Below, piece by piece: positions 1 to 12,000 of a DNA stretch of 64,000 nucleotides. Origin of the DNA: Octopus bimaculoides (lineage: Eukaryota); the NCBI RefSeq assembly GCF_001194135.2, contig NC_068992.1, positions 22,170,554-22,234,553 on the forward strand, in the 5' to 3' direction. The notes under the pieces were generated by a model. That model ran no database searches. It saw only the letters and a list, made by a program, of their open reading frames with translations, and was not told where the DNA came from. The number at the start of each line of letters is the position of its first letter. Within the stretch, counting starts at the first letter, position 1. The translations under genes and the position numbers were made by a program.

Positions 1-30
1 GGTCATGTGCCCTCATATATACATAATATA

Positions 31-170
31 CGTCTATCAAATCTACTCACAATACTTTGGTCTGCTCGAAGTTATAGTAGAAGATACTTGCCCAAGGTGC
101 CATGAAGTGAGACTGAACCTGGAACCATGTGGTTGGGAAACAAGCTACTTACCACCCAGCGACGCCTGCA
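31..170 (-). mobile_element. tRNA-derived SINE family A, 5' half
   Basis: Reverse complement matches the head and core of the other family A copies (TTGGGCAAGTATCTTCTACTATA...GTGAGTAGATTTGATAGACG). Confidence 0.8.
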
Positions 171-765
171 GCTTTTCAATTATAATTTGCTTTTTTTTTA
201 CTAAAATTATTTCTTCCATAGAATGCAATCTTCTTTTCGTTGTGTTTATACAAAATGACAATGTATTGTCGTGTATTTATAAGTTGTAAAGATTAAATAT
301 CGAAGAAAAAAAAAATCCTTATAATTTCAATATTTTTGTTGAAAATACTAACAGATGTCTACAATAAAATGATTAAGAAACTGAAAGAAAACATAGCACT
401 GTTTCAGAAGAAAGGCAATAATCATTTGAAATGATATGAGAGACTGGAATCGCAGTGGAATCCGTATTGAACTGGAAAAGTAATTTCAAAAATGATTCTC
501 GAATAGAAATAAGTTTGAAAAAACAAATTTAGTGAAACTGAAGAACAGTGGAAACTAAACACACACACACACACGCGCGCGCGCGCGCGCGCGGCAGTAT
601 GTGCTCGCGCGAACGCATTAAACATTGCAAACAAAAATGTAAAGGAAACTAGTTTGCTGGAGTGAAAATTATATTTTTTTTTTTCTGATCCTATAATCCT
701 TTCCTAAACTTTACATTCATGCATATCTGTATGTATGTATACGCATATGCGTACATGTATGCATA

Positions 766-803
<38 letters not shown>

Positions 804-1555
804 NNNNNNNNNNNNNNNNNNNNNNNNNNNNNNNNNNNNNNNNNNNNNNNNNNNNNNNNNNNNNNNNNNNNNNNNNNNNNNNNNNNNNNNNNNNNNNNNN
901 NNNNNNNNNNNNNNNNNNNNNNNNNNNNNNNNNNNNNNNNNNNNNNNNNNNNNNNNNNNNNNNNNNNNNNNNNNNNNNNNNNNNNNNNNNNNNNNNNNNN
1001 NNNNNNNNNNNNNNNNNNNNNNNNNNNNNNNNNNNNNNNNNNNNNNNNNNNNNNNNNNNNNNNNNNNNNNNNNNNNNNNNNNNNNNNNNNNNNNNNNNNN
1101 NNNNNNNNNNNNNNNNNNNNNNNNNNNNNNNNNNNNNNNNNNNNNNNNNNNNNNNNNNNNNNNNNNNNNNNNNNNNNNNNNNNNNNNNNNNNNNNNNNNN
1201 NNNNNNNNNNNNNNNNNNNNNNNNNNNNNNNNNNNNNNNNNNNNNNNNNNNNNNNNNNNNNNNNNNNNNNNNNNNNNNNNNNNNNNNNNNNNNNNNNNNN
1301 NNNNNNNNNNNNNNNNNNNNNNNNNNNNNNNNNNNNNNNNNNNNNNNNNNNNNNNNNNNNNNNNNNNNNNNNNNNNNNNNNNNNNNNNNNNNNNNNNNNN
1401 NNNNNNNNNNNNNNNNNNNNNNNNNNNNNNNNNNNNNNNNNNNNNNNNNNNNNNNNNNNNNNNNNNNNNNNNNNNNNNNNNNNNNNNNNNNNNNNNNNNN
1501 NNNNNNNATATATATATATATATACATACACACACACAAATATATATATATATAT

Positions 1556-1632
<77 letters not shown>

Positions 1633-1684
1633 CCCCCCCCCACATATATATATATATATATAGATAGATAGATACATATTATAG

Positions 1685-1985
1685 GTACTACGGCGATTAC
1701 AACGATGAGTGTTCAAGTTGATCCGACCAACGGCACACCCTGGTCGTGTAATTAACGTGCAAGTGGCTGAGTACCATAAATCAGTTCTCAGGGAGAATCA
1801 GAGTGACACTGAATGCGTTAAAGCTGGCCCTTTGAAATATAGGGACTACTCACCATTTTTGCCAGCTGAGTGGACTGGAATAGTAACGTGAAATAAAGTG
1901 TGTTGGTCAAGGACACAATGTGCCACCGGGAATCGAACTCACGATGCTACGAACGTGAGCCGAATACCATTAAGCTACTCGCCTT
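1685..1985 (-). mobile_element. Composite SINE: family C head/core joined to family D 3' tail
   Basis: 1845-1985 matches family C (CCAGTCCACTCAGCTGGCAAAAAT). 1690-1845 matches the tail of the family D copies at 32355 and 61562 (GCACGTTAATT...GATCAACTTGAAC). Confidence 0.65.
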
Positions 1986-2066
1986 CACACACATACTTAC
2001 ACACACACACACACCGTATGCTCATACAGACACACACTCACTCACTCACACATACACCACACACAC

Positions 2067-2097
<31 letters not shown>

Positions 2098-2214
2098 TAC
2101 TCTCTTTTTAATCATTTGAAATCATACTGTAAGGAAGGAACTAGTTTCTAACAAAGGCATAAAGTTCCATTGTCAGAAGGTAAACAAAACAAACAAACAA
2201 TCAAGAAACATAAA

Positions 2215-2620
2215 TTCACATTCTGAACCTGAGAAAAGTCTTGCATATTTTCACCGTTCCGCTTACAAACCGTATTTGTAAAGCGCGAATAAGCTGGTTG
2301 ATTTTCTTTTTCTCACCCACCTCCAACTTAATTCAGATTGTCACTTAGTTACTTATTCAGGAAGCTAAATGCACCAACTATTATTGGTATAAATGTGAAT
2401 TTATAATCTGAGTATAGAAGCTGAAGGCTTCGAAGCAGTTGACCATAATTGTCCTGTTTCTCTTTGCATGTTGTTGACTATCACTAATCCGGTCGCCAGT
2501 AATCCAGTTTTGCAGTTTATTCGGAAATTACTTTTGGTTCATTACACCTAACTGCCGCTAATATTTTTGGAATATTGGTTGCCGCATCAAGTTTTAGCGA
2601 AAACTCATAAACACTGTTAA
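2215..2620 (-). mobile_element. R4/Dong-like (RLE-type) non-LTR retrotransposon, decayed C-terminal fragment
   Basis: Minus-strand translation KEKQDNYGQLLRSLQLLYSDYKFTFIPIIVGAF...INQLIRALQIRFVSGTVKICKTFLRF, with stops. Resembles the C-terminus of R4-clade ORFs as I recall it. Confidence 0.7.
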
Positions 2621-3019
2621 GCCATCTTCACTCGTTTTTTTTTTTCATTTATTATTATTATAAACGGCTGGAATTTTAGCCCCAACCTTGGTTCTAATGC
2701 ATAGCAAAAGTGATTTATTTGGTGTCAGGTACAAACACCATATGTTGTCTGTAACACGAATTTGAACTTTTGGCAAAAAAAAAAAAAAAAAGTTGTCTAT
2801 GAGAACCTTGTGTGAATTATACAACGTTGGTTTTTCGAAAGAAACAGAAAGAAAAGATTTCTTCGCTTGTTTCTTTTACTTTTTACTGACTGAGAAGCAA
2901 AGAAAAAGATGTGTGTAACGAAAAAGTATATGACTGGAAAAGTTTTTAAATGTTTTCTTTACATATACAGATATAGAGTCGCTTATTCTCTTAATTTGCT
3001 TTGATTTATACACACACAC

Positions 3020-3205
3020 ACATAACCTTTTCTACTCTAAGCACAAAGCCCGAAATTTTTAGATCGACCCCAGTACGCAACTGGTACTTAATTTATCGAC
3101 CCCGAAAGGATGAAAGGCAAAGTCGATCTGAGCGGAATTTGAACTCAGAACGAAACGGCAGACGAAATACCGTTAAGTATTTCACCCGGCGCAGTAACGA
3201 GTAGA
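3020..3205 (-). mobile_element. tRNA-derived SINE family B
   Basis: Reverse complement of the family B body (CGTTCTGAGTTCAAATTCCGC...GACTTTGCCTTTCATCCTTTCGGGGTCGATAAATTAAGTACCAG). Confidence 0.85.
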
Positions 3206-6002
3206 GCAAAAATAAATCACATTGTAAGCTGGGCATGGAGTACCGACAGGATTATATTATGTCACTGTAGAGGTTACCTCAGTGCAATCTAGGAGTGAGA
3301 AGTTCCAATCAAATACCAACTATATTCATTCATCTATTCATTAATCCATCCATTTTCTCCGCCCATTGTTTCTGGGAGGGTCGCTGGGGGAAGAGTTGTC
3401 AGGCACCTCTACGTATGATCCTATCGATCCTATCAGAAATAGCCATCCATCCACCATCCATCCATCCATCCATCCATCCACACATTAAAATATTTATAGA
3501 TATGTGCATGCGTACATACGCATACATAAATACACTGTTGATATTACCTAAACTCAAATGAAAGACCAATATGTCCGAAATTAGAACCAGCTATTTCATT
3601 GGAAATTTCAAAACTAAAAACAGAAAACATATCACAGAAAAATAAAAAAATAAAATACAACTTTACTAAAGTTCAACGCGTCACTTTTCCTTCTACATAC
3701 AGACATACAAACATACATGCATAATCATATGTAAATATATATATATATATATATANNNNNNNNNNNNNNNNNNNNNNNNNNNNNNNNNNNNNNNNNNNNN
3801 NNNNNNNNNNNNNNNNNNNNNNNNNNNNNNNNNNNNNNNNNNNNNNNNNNNNNNNNNNNNNNNNNNNNNNNNNNNNNNNNNNNNNNNNNNNNNNNNNNNN
3901 NNNNNNNNNNNNNNNNNNNNNNNNNNNNNNNNNNNNNNNNNNNNNNNNNNNNNNNNNNNNNNNNNNNNNNNNNNNNNNNNNNNNNNNNNNNNNNNNNNNN
4001 NNNNNNNNNNNNNNNNNNNNNNNNNNNNNNNNNNNNNNNNNNNNNNNNNNNNNNNNNNNNNNNNNNNNNNNNNNNNNNNNNNNNNNNNNNNNNNNNNNNN
4101 NNNNNNNNNNNNNNNNNNNNNNNNNNNNNNNNNNNNNNNNNNNNNNNNNNNNNNNNNNNNNNNNNNNNNNNATATATATATATATATATATATATATACA
4201 AACACAAGTAGCTAGACCATAATCTTACTTCATAAACACGCGTGCGCCCACACTCACACACACGTACCCGCACACATTCTATTAAACAATTCACTCTAAT
4301 CATTTCACTAAAACCAGTCAACTAAAACTAAAATCGTTGAATATTTTCCTTTCTTCGATTCATTGGAAAGAAGACTTTATTAAACACTTCTACAACTGTT
4401 TGTATTTATACATTGAAAAAATAGTATCTTTGGCGCCAGAGTTTACCGAGTAATGGTGACCTTAGTGCCAGACTCTACCAGACTGCACTGAACAAAATAG
4501 CACGTCTGTTACTTAATTTTGTTTTGGCGACGCAGAACGTCGCTATTTTTTCCTGAGATTCCAGCTGTTTATGGTGTTATTTAGTGCCGGGCCTTCTCTG
4601 ATCGAACAGACCTGCGTTCAAAAACATTTCAGCCTTGACCAATCGATGTTTTTTTTTTCAGACTAAGTGTATCCAAGACTACAGTGATACAATATGTACT
4701 TCTGTATGTAGGATGGTAGGTTACAAATTGAAGGACGTTTAGTTGCTATTACTATTTGAAAGGCATATTGTATAGAATAGTGGCTCTCAACCGGGGTCCA
4801 CATAATGATGGTAATGGTGGTGGGGCACGTGTAAGATTTTATTGCTAAAGTTTATGACGAATAGAGTAAAAGTTCTTTCCCGAATCATAGACTCATAAGG
4901 ACCACTTTCTCGCTTTCCATGGCGTGTATATTCACCACCTGAACGGGACGCAGGTCCGTGACAGGATTACTCATTTTCACCAGTTGGGTGAACTGGATCA
5001 ACGTAAAAGAATAATTCCTATAGGTTTAGAGATGAGTAACTAATTTACTAAACACTATGTATGTGATACACATCACCTACAGTCGATTGTATCGATCTAT
5101 TGAACTCAACTGGTACTTGTTTTATATACGTTACAATCACCTTTAAAAAATTTAAGTAAGGAGAAATTAATACCTGGGAAGAAGTGGTAAGGTAGTATGG
5201 AAGCTGTTGTGAGAAAGAATAAAAGTATGGCCGTCTGAGATAAAATATTTCAAGGACTGAAGAGAACGTGTCTATCCTCCAGTATTTTCATGTTTTGTGG
5301 TATATCTTGACGCAGTCTGATTAGTAGATAAGACGATTAGGTTTCGCTTATCCCAAACGAATTATGTTTCACTTGAATATGAAACTTGAATTGCTGCTAA
5401 GATTCCACTGAGATAACACATTGTAGTAAGACTCGAGGAGATTAATGTTTTTTTTGTATATTCATAAGTATAGCTATGAAACAAATAATTAAGGAGAATA
5501 TACACGAATTTATCTGCTTACACAGCTATAGTTCGAAAAATATTTTGATTAAGACAACTAAATAATTTAAGGTAAATTCCGTCAGATTTTAAGAAGATGT
5601 ACTAACTTTATTGTACAATAGAAAAGATTTCCAGTTTTGGTTAATGAAATTTATGGCCGGCACCGATAAAAACTTAAGGAGGCAATGTAATTAGCGTAAG
5701 TAGTTTGTGTGAATTGTGAATGAAAGAAAATAAAACTCTACAACTTATATACAAAACAGAATCTTTCGCATAATGGTTTTTGATAAATACGATATAAGTT
5801 AATTACTAGTTGTTGCTAGAATTGATCTGTAAAATGCAGAATAGACGTATTATCAAATTTAAAAGAGGTTTTGGCGAGAGGTAATGAAAATCAGATACCA
5901 TAGAAGTTGTATGATAAGGAAAATGACCACGTTGAAAAAAAATGTAACTGATGTATGAACCTTAAGAGTGAAAAATATTATATAATAGGGTATTTGTGAA
6001 AA

Positions 6003-6440
6003 GTAGCGTGACTGCGTTGTAAGAAGTTTGATTTCCAGCCTCTGGGTTCAATCCCACTACGAGGCACCTAGGGGCAAGCTTCTTTTACTATAGCCTCGGG
6101 TCGACCAAAGCTTTGTGAGTGAAAGAAGCCCGTCGTATATATAAATATATCTATGAATATATATATATATCTATGTGTGCGTGGCTTTGTGTCTGTGTTT
6201 GTCCCCCCCCCACCACTTGACAACCGNNNNNNNNNNTCCCCCCCCCCACCACTTGACAACCGATGTTGGTATGCTTGCATCCCCCGTAACATGGCAGTTC
6301 AGCAAAAGAGACCGATAAAATATGCACCAGGCTTAAAAATTAAGTGCTGGGGTCGATTCATTCGACTAAAATTTCCTGAAGGCGGTGCCCCAGCATGGCC
6401 GCAGTCTAACGCCGGAAAAAGGTAAAAGACAAAAGATAAA
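6003..6440 (+). mobile_element. SINE family A, full length with internal microsatellite
   Basis: B-box-like GGGTTCAATCCC, core GGGCAAG...GAAAGAAGCCCGTCG, TA/TG tract, then the 3' module ending GGCGGTGCCCCAGCATGGCCGCAGTC. Confidence 0.85.
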
Positions 6441-6459
6441 TAATTATGTCACGGTATAA

Positions 6460-6710
6460 GCGCGTGGTCTTGTGGTTAGGGTGTTGCACTCATGAGCGAA
6501 AGGTCGTGGTTTCTAAACCCGGATAGGGTGGTGCGTTGTGTTCCTTAGTAAAACACTCCATTTCCCGTTTCTCCATTTCACTCAGCTGCAAATGTGTTCT
6601 AGCAGTAGCTAGGAACTTAACCCTGTGACGGACCGGCGTTGCAACCTCAGTCACTTATACGCAATGGAAACCAAGTGAAGCTCCAGCCTTATGATTCCTA
6701 GGGTTAAAAA
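6460..6710 (+). mobile_element. tRNA-derived SINE family C (CORE-like central domain)
   Basis: tRNA-like head GCGCGTGGTCTTGTGGTTAGGGTG, core GTGTTCCTTAGTAAAACACT...CACTCAGCTG, then GTGACGGACCGGCG. Homologous to 62190-62435. Confidence 0.75.
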
Positions 6711-6807
6711 AGCAAGAAAAAAAAAGCGTTATACTATTGCGGTTTTATGGAAATATGAAAAGTGAGAGTGTCTGAATCAGAAAACTTAACCGTTTAGAAT
6801 TTAAACA

Positions 6808-7195
6808 CGTATGTGTATATATATATACATACATACATATATATATATATATGTGTATGTATATATACATACATATCTATCTATACATACACATATATCT
6901 ATATATACATACATACCTATCTATACATACACATATATCTATATATACATACATACCTATCTATCTTTATATATATTCATACCTACCTATCTATATATAT
7001 ATATTCATACGTACCTATCTATATATATATATATATATAAACATACATATCTACCTATCTATACATATCTATCTATCTATCTATCTATCTATCCTTACAG
7101 ATAAAGACAGTGAAGAGCATCGTATGAGCAAGACAAAGAAACGAAAATACCATTCAAATTAGAAAAACTACTACTACTACTACTACTACTACCTT
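6808..7195. repeat. Compound TA/TATC/TACA microsatellite and (CTA)n
   Basis: Read directly from the sequence. Confidence 0.95.
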
Positions 7196-7229
7196 CTACA
7201 CTCGTAAGTTTCAGTAAGCAGGTGATAAT

Positions 7230-8155
7230 TTACCATTATAATGATGACTATGACGTCATATATAGATATTGATGATTATAATGCTAACTTTTGTCTTTTT
7301 TATTTAAATGACAATGTTAATGATGTTGATGCTGAGTTACGACACGGATAATGATGATATTGAGAATGAGGCTGATGTTTACGGTGCGATATGGTGATGA
7401 TGGTGATGGTGGTGATGATGGTGATGGTGGTAATGGTGGTGATGGCAGCTGTAGTCATGACGATATCTTTGAAAGTTAGCCTGATCGTATTGACTGCGAT
7501 GATGATAATGATGATGATGATGGGGATAATGTTGATGATGATGATGATTCAGCAAATGATGATGGCTGGCGGTATGGTAGTAGCAGCTATCACTGTGATA
7601 AGGATGAGGAAAATGACGACAGGGATGGTGGTGGTGGAGGTAGCGATGGTAGTGGTGGTTGCAGTGGTGATGGTGGTAGTGTCGGTGGTGGTGGTGGTGG
7701 TGGCGGTGGTAGTGGTGGTTGTAGTGTTGGTGATGATAATGATGATGATGACGATGTTGATGGCGACGGTGACGATGACGACGGCGACGATGACGACGGC
7801 GACGATGAGGACGGTAATGAAAATGATGACGATGATGATGGTGATGATGTTTGATAACAATGACGATGATGATGATGATGATTATCTCGACGACGACGGC
7901 GACGATGATGATGAAGTTGATAATGACGATGGTGATGATGTTGATAATGATGATGATAACAACGATGATGATAATGGCGATCATGATGATTATGATGACA
8001 TTCACGATGATTATGATGACATTCACGATGATTATGATGATAATGATGACGATGATGATGTTGATGACGATGAAGACGATAATGATGATGACTATCATGA
8101 TGACAATAATGATGATGACGACGACGACGATGATGATGATGATAATGATGATGTT
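7230..8155. repeat. ~0.9 kb degenerate trinucleotide tract (GAT/GGT/GAC)n
   Basis: Read directly. It gives His-, Asp- and Met-rich spurious ORFs in several frames. Confidence 0.9.
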
Positions 8156-8639
8156 TCATTTAAACAAACTAACCAAATAACCAGCCTCAAAATCTATTGA
8201 CTCACCTGACCTCCCACTCAGAAGAATCTCTTCGACAATTTAATGACCAACAATTTTCGAAAACTTCTCGTTTTGAACATTTTGTTTAATTATTCTCTTT
8301 TCAGTTTTGGTTTCGTAAATAAAATTAGTTGGCGTTTTTAATGAACCCATTAAGTGGATCGTTAACTATTTTAGCAGTAAACCGATACAGAATAGCTGTA
8401 ATCTAAGATAATTATCATTAATAACAGGTATCATGAGTACTTGTGGAGTAGAAGAGTAGAGGAAAAACATGTTCACTTCACTTCTGTTGCGATACTCTAC
8501 ATTTGGGATTGTGCTTCAACGTTGGAGTGACATCACGAGGCTTTTGTACGCTGTTTTGTTTAATTACTTAAAATAAGTGACGCGTTTGTCACATCAATTC
8601 CCTCCATCACAAAACAAATAACTTTTCGTTCGGTGGCGA

Positions 8640-8860
8640 AGAATATAAGTTCCAAACTTTGGTACAAGACCAGCAAATTCAGAGGAAGAGCTAAGTCGAT
8701 GGTATCGACTCTCAGTGTCCAACTGATACTTATTTTATCGACCGTGAAAGGATAAAAGGCAAATTCGACATCGGCAGGATTTGAACTCAGAACGTAAAGA
8801 CAGACGAAATGCCGCGAAGTATTTTGTCTGGCGTGTTAACGATTCTGCCCGTTTGTTGCT
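8640..8860 (-). mobile_element. SINE family B
   Basis: Matches the family B body in reverse (GGATTTGAACTCAGAACGTAAAGACAGACGAAATGCCG). Confidence 0.85.
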
Positions 8861-9979
8861 TTACAGGCTGCACGAATATGAATCGCTAAGAAGGCGCGCG
8901 GCCCAATCATTCCGATTCTGCTATGAATTTCGCCAGTTCGCCTCCTTATGTGACACGAGTCCGCTGGCCTAACCACTGAGCCATTGCGCCTCCAGAAACG
9001 AATACTATAAAGTAATTAAAAAGCTGCGAGCTAGTAGAATCGTTAGAGTGTCGGACAATGGTATTCCTCCTGGTAAAGTGTTCAAATTACTCCGCGTCAA
9101 CTGTGCTTCTCATCCTTTCAGGATCGATAAAATAGTACTAGTCGAGCACCGAGATTACTGTAATCGACTAGTCACCTCTCTTCAAAGTAACAATAAAACG
9201 CTATTCCACACCTATATTTTAACATTTTTTTTAGTGTGTGTGTGTGTGGGGGGAATACAAACTGCATTCAGTAAAATTGCATACGTAAGATTTTGTAGTG
9301 GTGAAGAAACACTTCTAGAAGATAGAAAATTGGGAAATATTTCATTTGATGTTATATTTTAACAGCTTGCAGAAAAACATCTATAAAGCAATAACCGTAA
9401 CACAATTAATATTTTGAGAATAGCTGAAGGTTTTTCCCTTAATATTCTTATTCTGTCAATGGACACATCTGTTCTATAGGCTATAATCCGATCCTTGAAA
9501 TGGGAAATTGAATAAAAATATTCTGACCTTGTTTAAATCTTATTCATCCACCATAATGAAGTTCTATTTTGCTGTGGTTAACAAAAAAATTACCACATTT
9601 TTTTTTCGGTAGAGATTAAAATCCATAGCAATTTAAAATGAATTCACGAAAGTAAAGTGGCTACTAAAAAACGCAAACTTGAGGAATAGCAATTCGACAA
9701 AATTTCTAATTGTCAAAGACTTGCAGTCTATTTTACAACGTCAAGCATGTCAACACCGGCACCAATGAAGTTTGTGGTAGTGAACAAACCGTGGGGGCCT
9801 CTTTTTAGCAATTTCAAACAGTTTTGATAGAAATGGTGATCGCAGTTACCAACAGGGAAATAACGTGGATCAAGAAAAGGCAGAGCAGAATAATAAATAA
9901 GGGAGAGGATTAAGGGATTTCTAAAAATACGGCGACTTTTTAAACCGGTCTATAACAGTTGGTAATAATTTCATACAGA

Positions 9980-10200
9980 ACGAAGGCGGCAGACTGGAAG
10001 AAACGTTAGCACACCGGGCAATTCGGTTTAGCGGCATTTCGTCCGTCTTTACGTTCTGAGTTGAAATTGCGCCAAAGTCAACTTTGTCTTTTATCCTTTC
10101 GGGGTCAATAAAGTAAGTACCAGTTAAGCACTGGGGCCGATGTAATTGACTTACCGCACTGTCCCGAAATTACTAGCATTTTGCCAAAATTTGAAATCAA
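9980..10200 (+). mobile_element. SINE family B
   Basis: A-box-like TGGAAGAAACG, B-box-like GAGTTGAAATT, core TCCTTTCGGGGTCAATAAA. Confidence 0.85.
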
Positions 10201-10349
10201 TAATTTCATACATCATTTTGAGCAAGTTTCGTTAACTGTAGCCCCGAGTCAATCAATGCCTTGTAAGTGACTTTGGTAGAAGGAAAATGTGTGGAAGCCC
10301 GTCGTATATATATAATACAGTTCTATATTTAAGAGATGAGGAATTATGT

Positions 10350-10724
10350 ACATTATTTACATTTGACGGATATTTGTCCACATCTTGTTTGTTGTTAACA
10401 CAACGTTTCGGCTGATATACCCTCCAGCCTTTATCAGGTGTCTTGGGGAAATTTCGAACCTGGGTTATTATTATTCACTCCATAATTGCCCACGGGCATA
10501 TGGTGCAGCAGTTAAGAGCGCGGGTTACTAACACCAAGATTCCGAGTTCGATTCCAGGCAGTGACTTGAATAGTAATAATAATAATAAAAATAACATTAA
10601 AAAATACCTTAAGAATAAGAACCCATGTTCGAAATTCCCCCAAGACACCTGATGAAGGCTGGAGGGTGAAACCTTCTGTTAACAAACAAGATGAGGACAA
10701 ATATCCGTCAAATGTAAATAATGT
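10350..10724 (+). mobile_element. tRNA-headed element with hammerhead-like tail and an upstream inverted copy of the tail
   Basis: Arms 10350-10466 and 10620-10724 are reverse complements. A box TGGTGCAGCAG at 10501 and B box GAGTTCGATTCC at 10544. CTGATGA core at 10649. Confidence 0.75.
10397..10442 (-). ncRNA. Minimal type-I hammerhead ribozyme relic (G8A)
   Basis: Minus strand reads GACAC CUGAUAA A GGCUG-GAGGGUAUAU-CAGCC GAAACGUU GUGUU: stem I 5 bp, stem II 5 bp, palindromic ACGU stem III. Core position G8 is mutated. Confidence 0.65.
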
Positions 10725-10731
10725 GTGTGTA

Positions 10732-10788
<57 letters not shown>

Positions 10789-11039
10789 TTTTGTGTGTGT
10801 TTGTCCCCCACATCCCTTCACGATCGGTGTTGGTTTATTTACGTTTCCGTAAGTTAGTGGCCCAGCGAAAGAGACCGATAGAATAAGTAAATAAGTACGA
10901 GACATTGAAAACTAAGTAATGAGATCGATTCCTTTGACTAAAACCCTTCAAGGCGGTGCCCCAGCATGGCCGCAGTCAAATGATTGAAACAAGTAAAAGA
11001 TAAAAGACACACTGAACACTGCGGCATTGTCTTAAAAGG

Positions 11040-11172
11040 TTTTAGTTGACCAAACTGATTGCAGTACTCCTATCGGTGTCTTGCTGACCCGCTAATTTAA
11101 GGAGACGTAAACAAACCGACACCAGTTGTGAAGCAGTGTGTGTGTGTGTGTATAAATACAAATACAAAGACA

Positions 11173-11231
<59 letters not shown>

Positions 11232-11375
11232 GCACGGGTTTCCACATGGGCTTCCACACACATACATACAAATAGGCTTCTATCTACCAAATTGACTTTC
11301 AAGGCATTGATCGGCCTGGGTCTATAGTTGAAGATGATTGCTGAAGGTGCCACAAGGTGGAACTGAACCCCAAAT
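11040..11375 (-). mobile_element. SINE family A, diverged, with (CA)n
   Basis: Reverse-oriented 3' and 5' modules flank a CA tract. Confidence 0.7.
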
Positions 11376-11699
11376 TATCTGTTGGATGAACCAAATAATA
11401 TACTGATAATTAAATGTCCTTAAATACACCTCGCACTCCTTGTGCTTATAGGTTTTTCTATAAAAGATTATATTAAATTAGTGTTCTCTGATGATGAATT
11501 AAATATGTATATAAATAAAACTAAATTTTCAGTCGCTCACTACTCGAAAAGTCTAAGCTACAGAAATGTTTGTTCACGCAACTGACTTTATTTATCACGC
11601 AATAATCCAGCACAGAGATTTAAATGAAAATATGAGACGCAGTGGATAAATCAGAAGCAAAAATTGTAGTGATTCATCTTGAAACCAACTAAATGAAGA

Positions 11700-12000
11700 A
11701 AACAATTGTTACACATACTTTATTACTTGTAGAAAGAGCATCATTGCGTAGCTCCATTTTCAAAAACCCCAATTCTTCACTGTTTATCTGTCCTTTGGCT
11801 CCCAAGATCTTTTGCATGGCTAGGAATGACTTTCGGGCCTTGTTTGAATGTTACCTTGTTGTCGCTGGTTGCGATGGGGCCCCAATAATAGTTCAAGTTT
11901 CAAGCCGTCACAACCCATTAAATGTTTATCAACAATCATGTCCAAATCGAATTATGTGTAGTCCAGACCCTTCATTTTGTTTTAGGACAGGACTAGTTAT
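11700..12000 (-). mobile_element. Possible highly decayed Penelope-like RT fragment
   Basis: Minus frames give YT*FD and KARKSFL, followed by ATGGAGCTACG. These echo the FIQFD / HARKSFL / MGSYDG motifs of Penelope RT. Multiple stops and frameshifts. Confidence 0.3.

Larger units (their letters stand above)
10215..11005 (+). mobile_element. SINE family A interrupted at its internal microsatellite by a fold-back element
   Basis: The 5' module (10215-10310) ends GGAAGCCCGTCGTATATATA. The 3' module (10790-11005) ends GGCGGTGCCCCAGCATGGCCGCAGTCAAATGATTGAAACAAGTAAAAGA. Confidence 0.8.

Noticed and set aside
346-428. Possible terminal exon (ctaacag|ATGTC...DVYNKMIKKLKENIALFQKKGNNHLK*)
   Set aside because: The acceptor is plausible, but the peptide is short, has no recognisable homology and has no supporting exons. 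Needs RNA-seq.
704-1716. Long ORFs spanning N-gaps and YI/CV/HT-repeat ORFs throughout the window
   Set aside because: They are translations of dinucleotide microsatellites and N runs and carry no coding information.
7379-8200. His-rich, Asp-rich and Met/Val-rich ORFs of 100-269 aa
   Set aside because: They are open in several frames on both strands because of the (GAT/GGT)n composition. No domain or splice context.
9730-9925. Minus-strand open frame RNPLILSLIYYSALPFLDPRYFPVGNCDHHFYQNCLKLLKRG...
   Set aside because: It looks protein-like but I cannot assign it, and there is no convincing donor site. Left uncalled; blastx would decide.
10494-10565. Functional tRNA gene (also the SINE heads at 32355 and 56847)
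   Set aside because: No 3' acceptor strand pairs with the 5' end, and the stems are broken. These are SINE heads.
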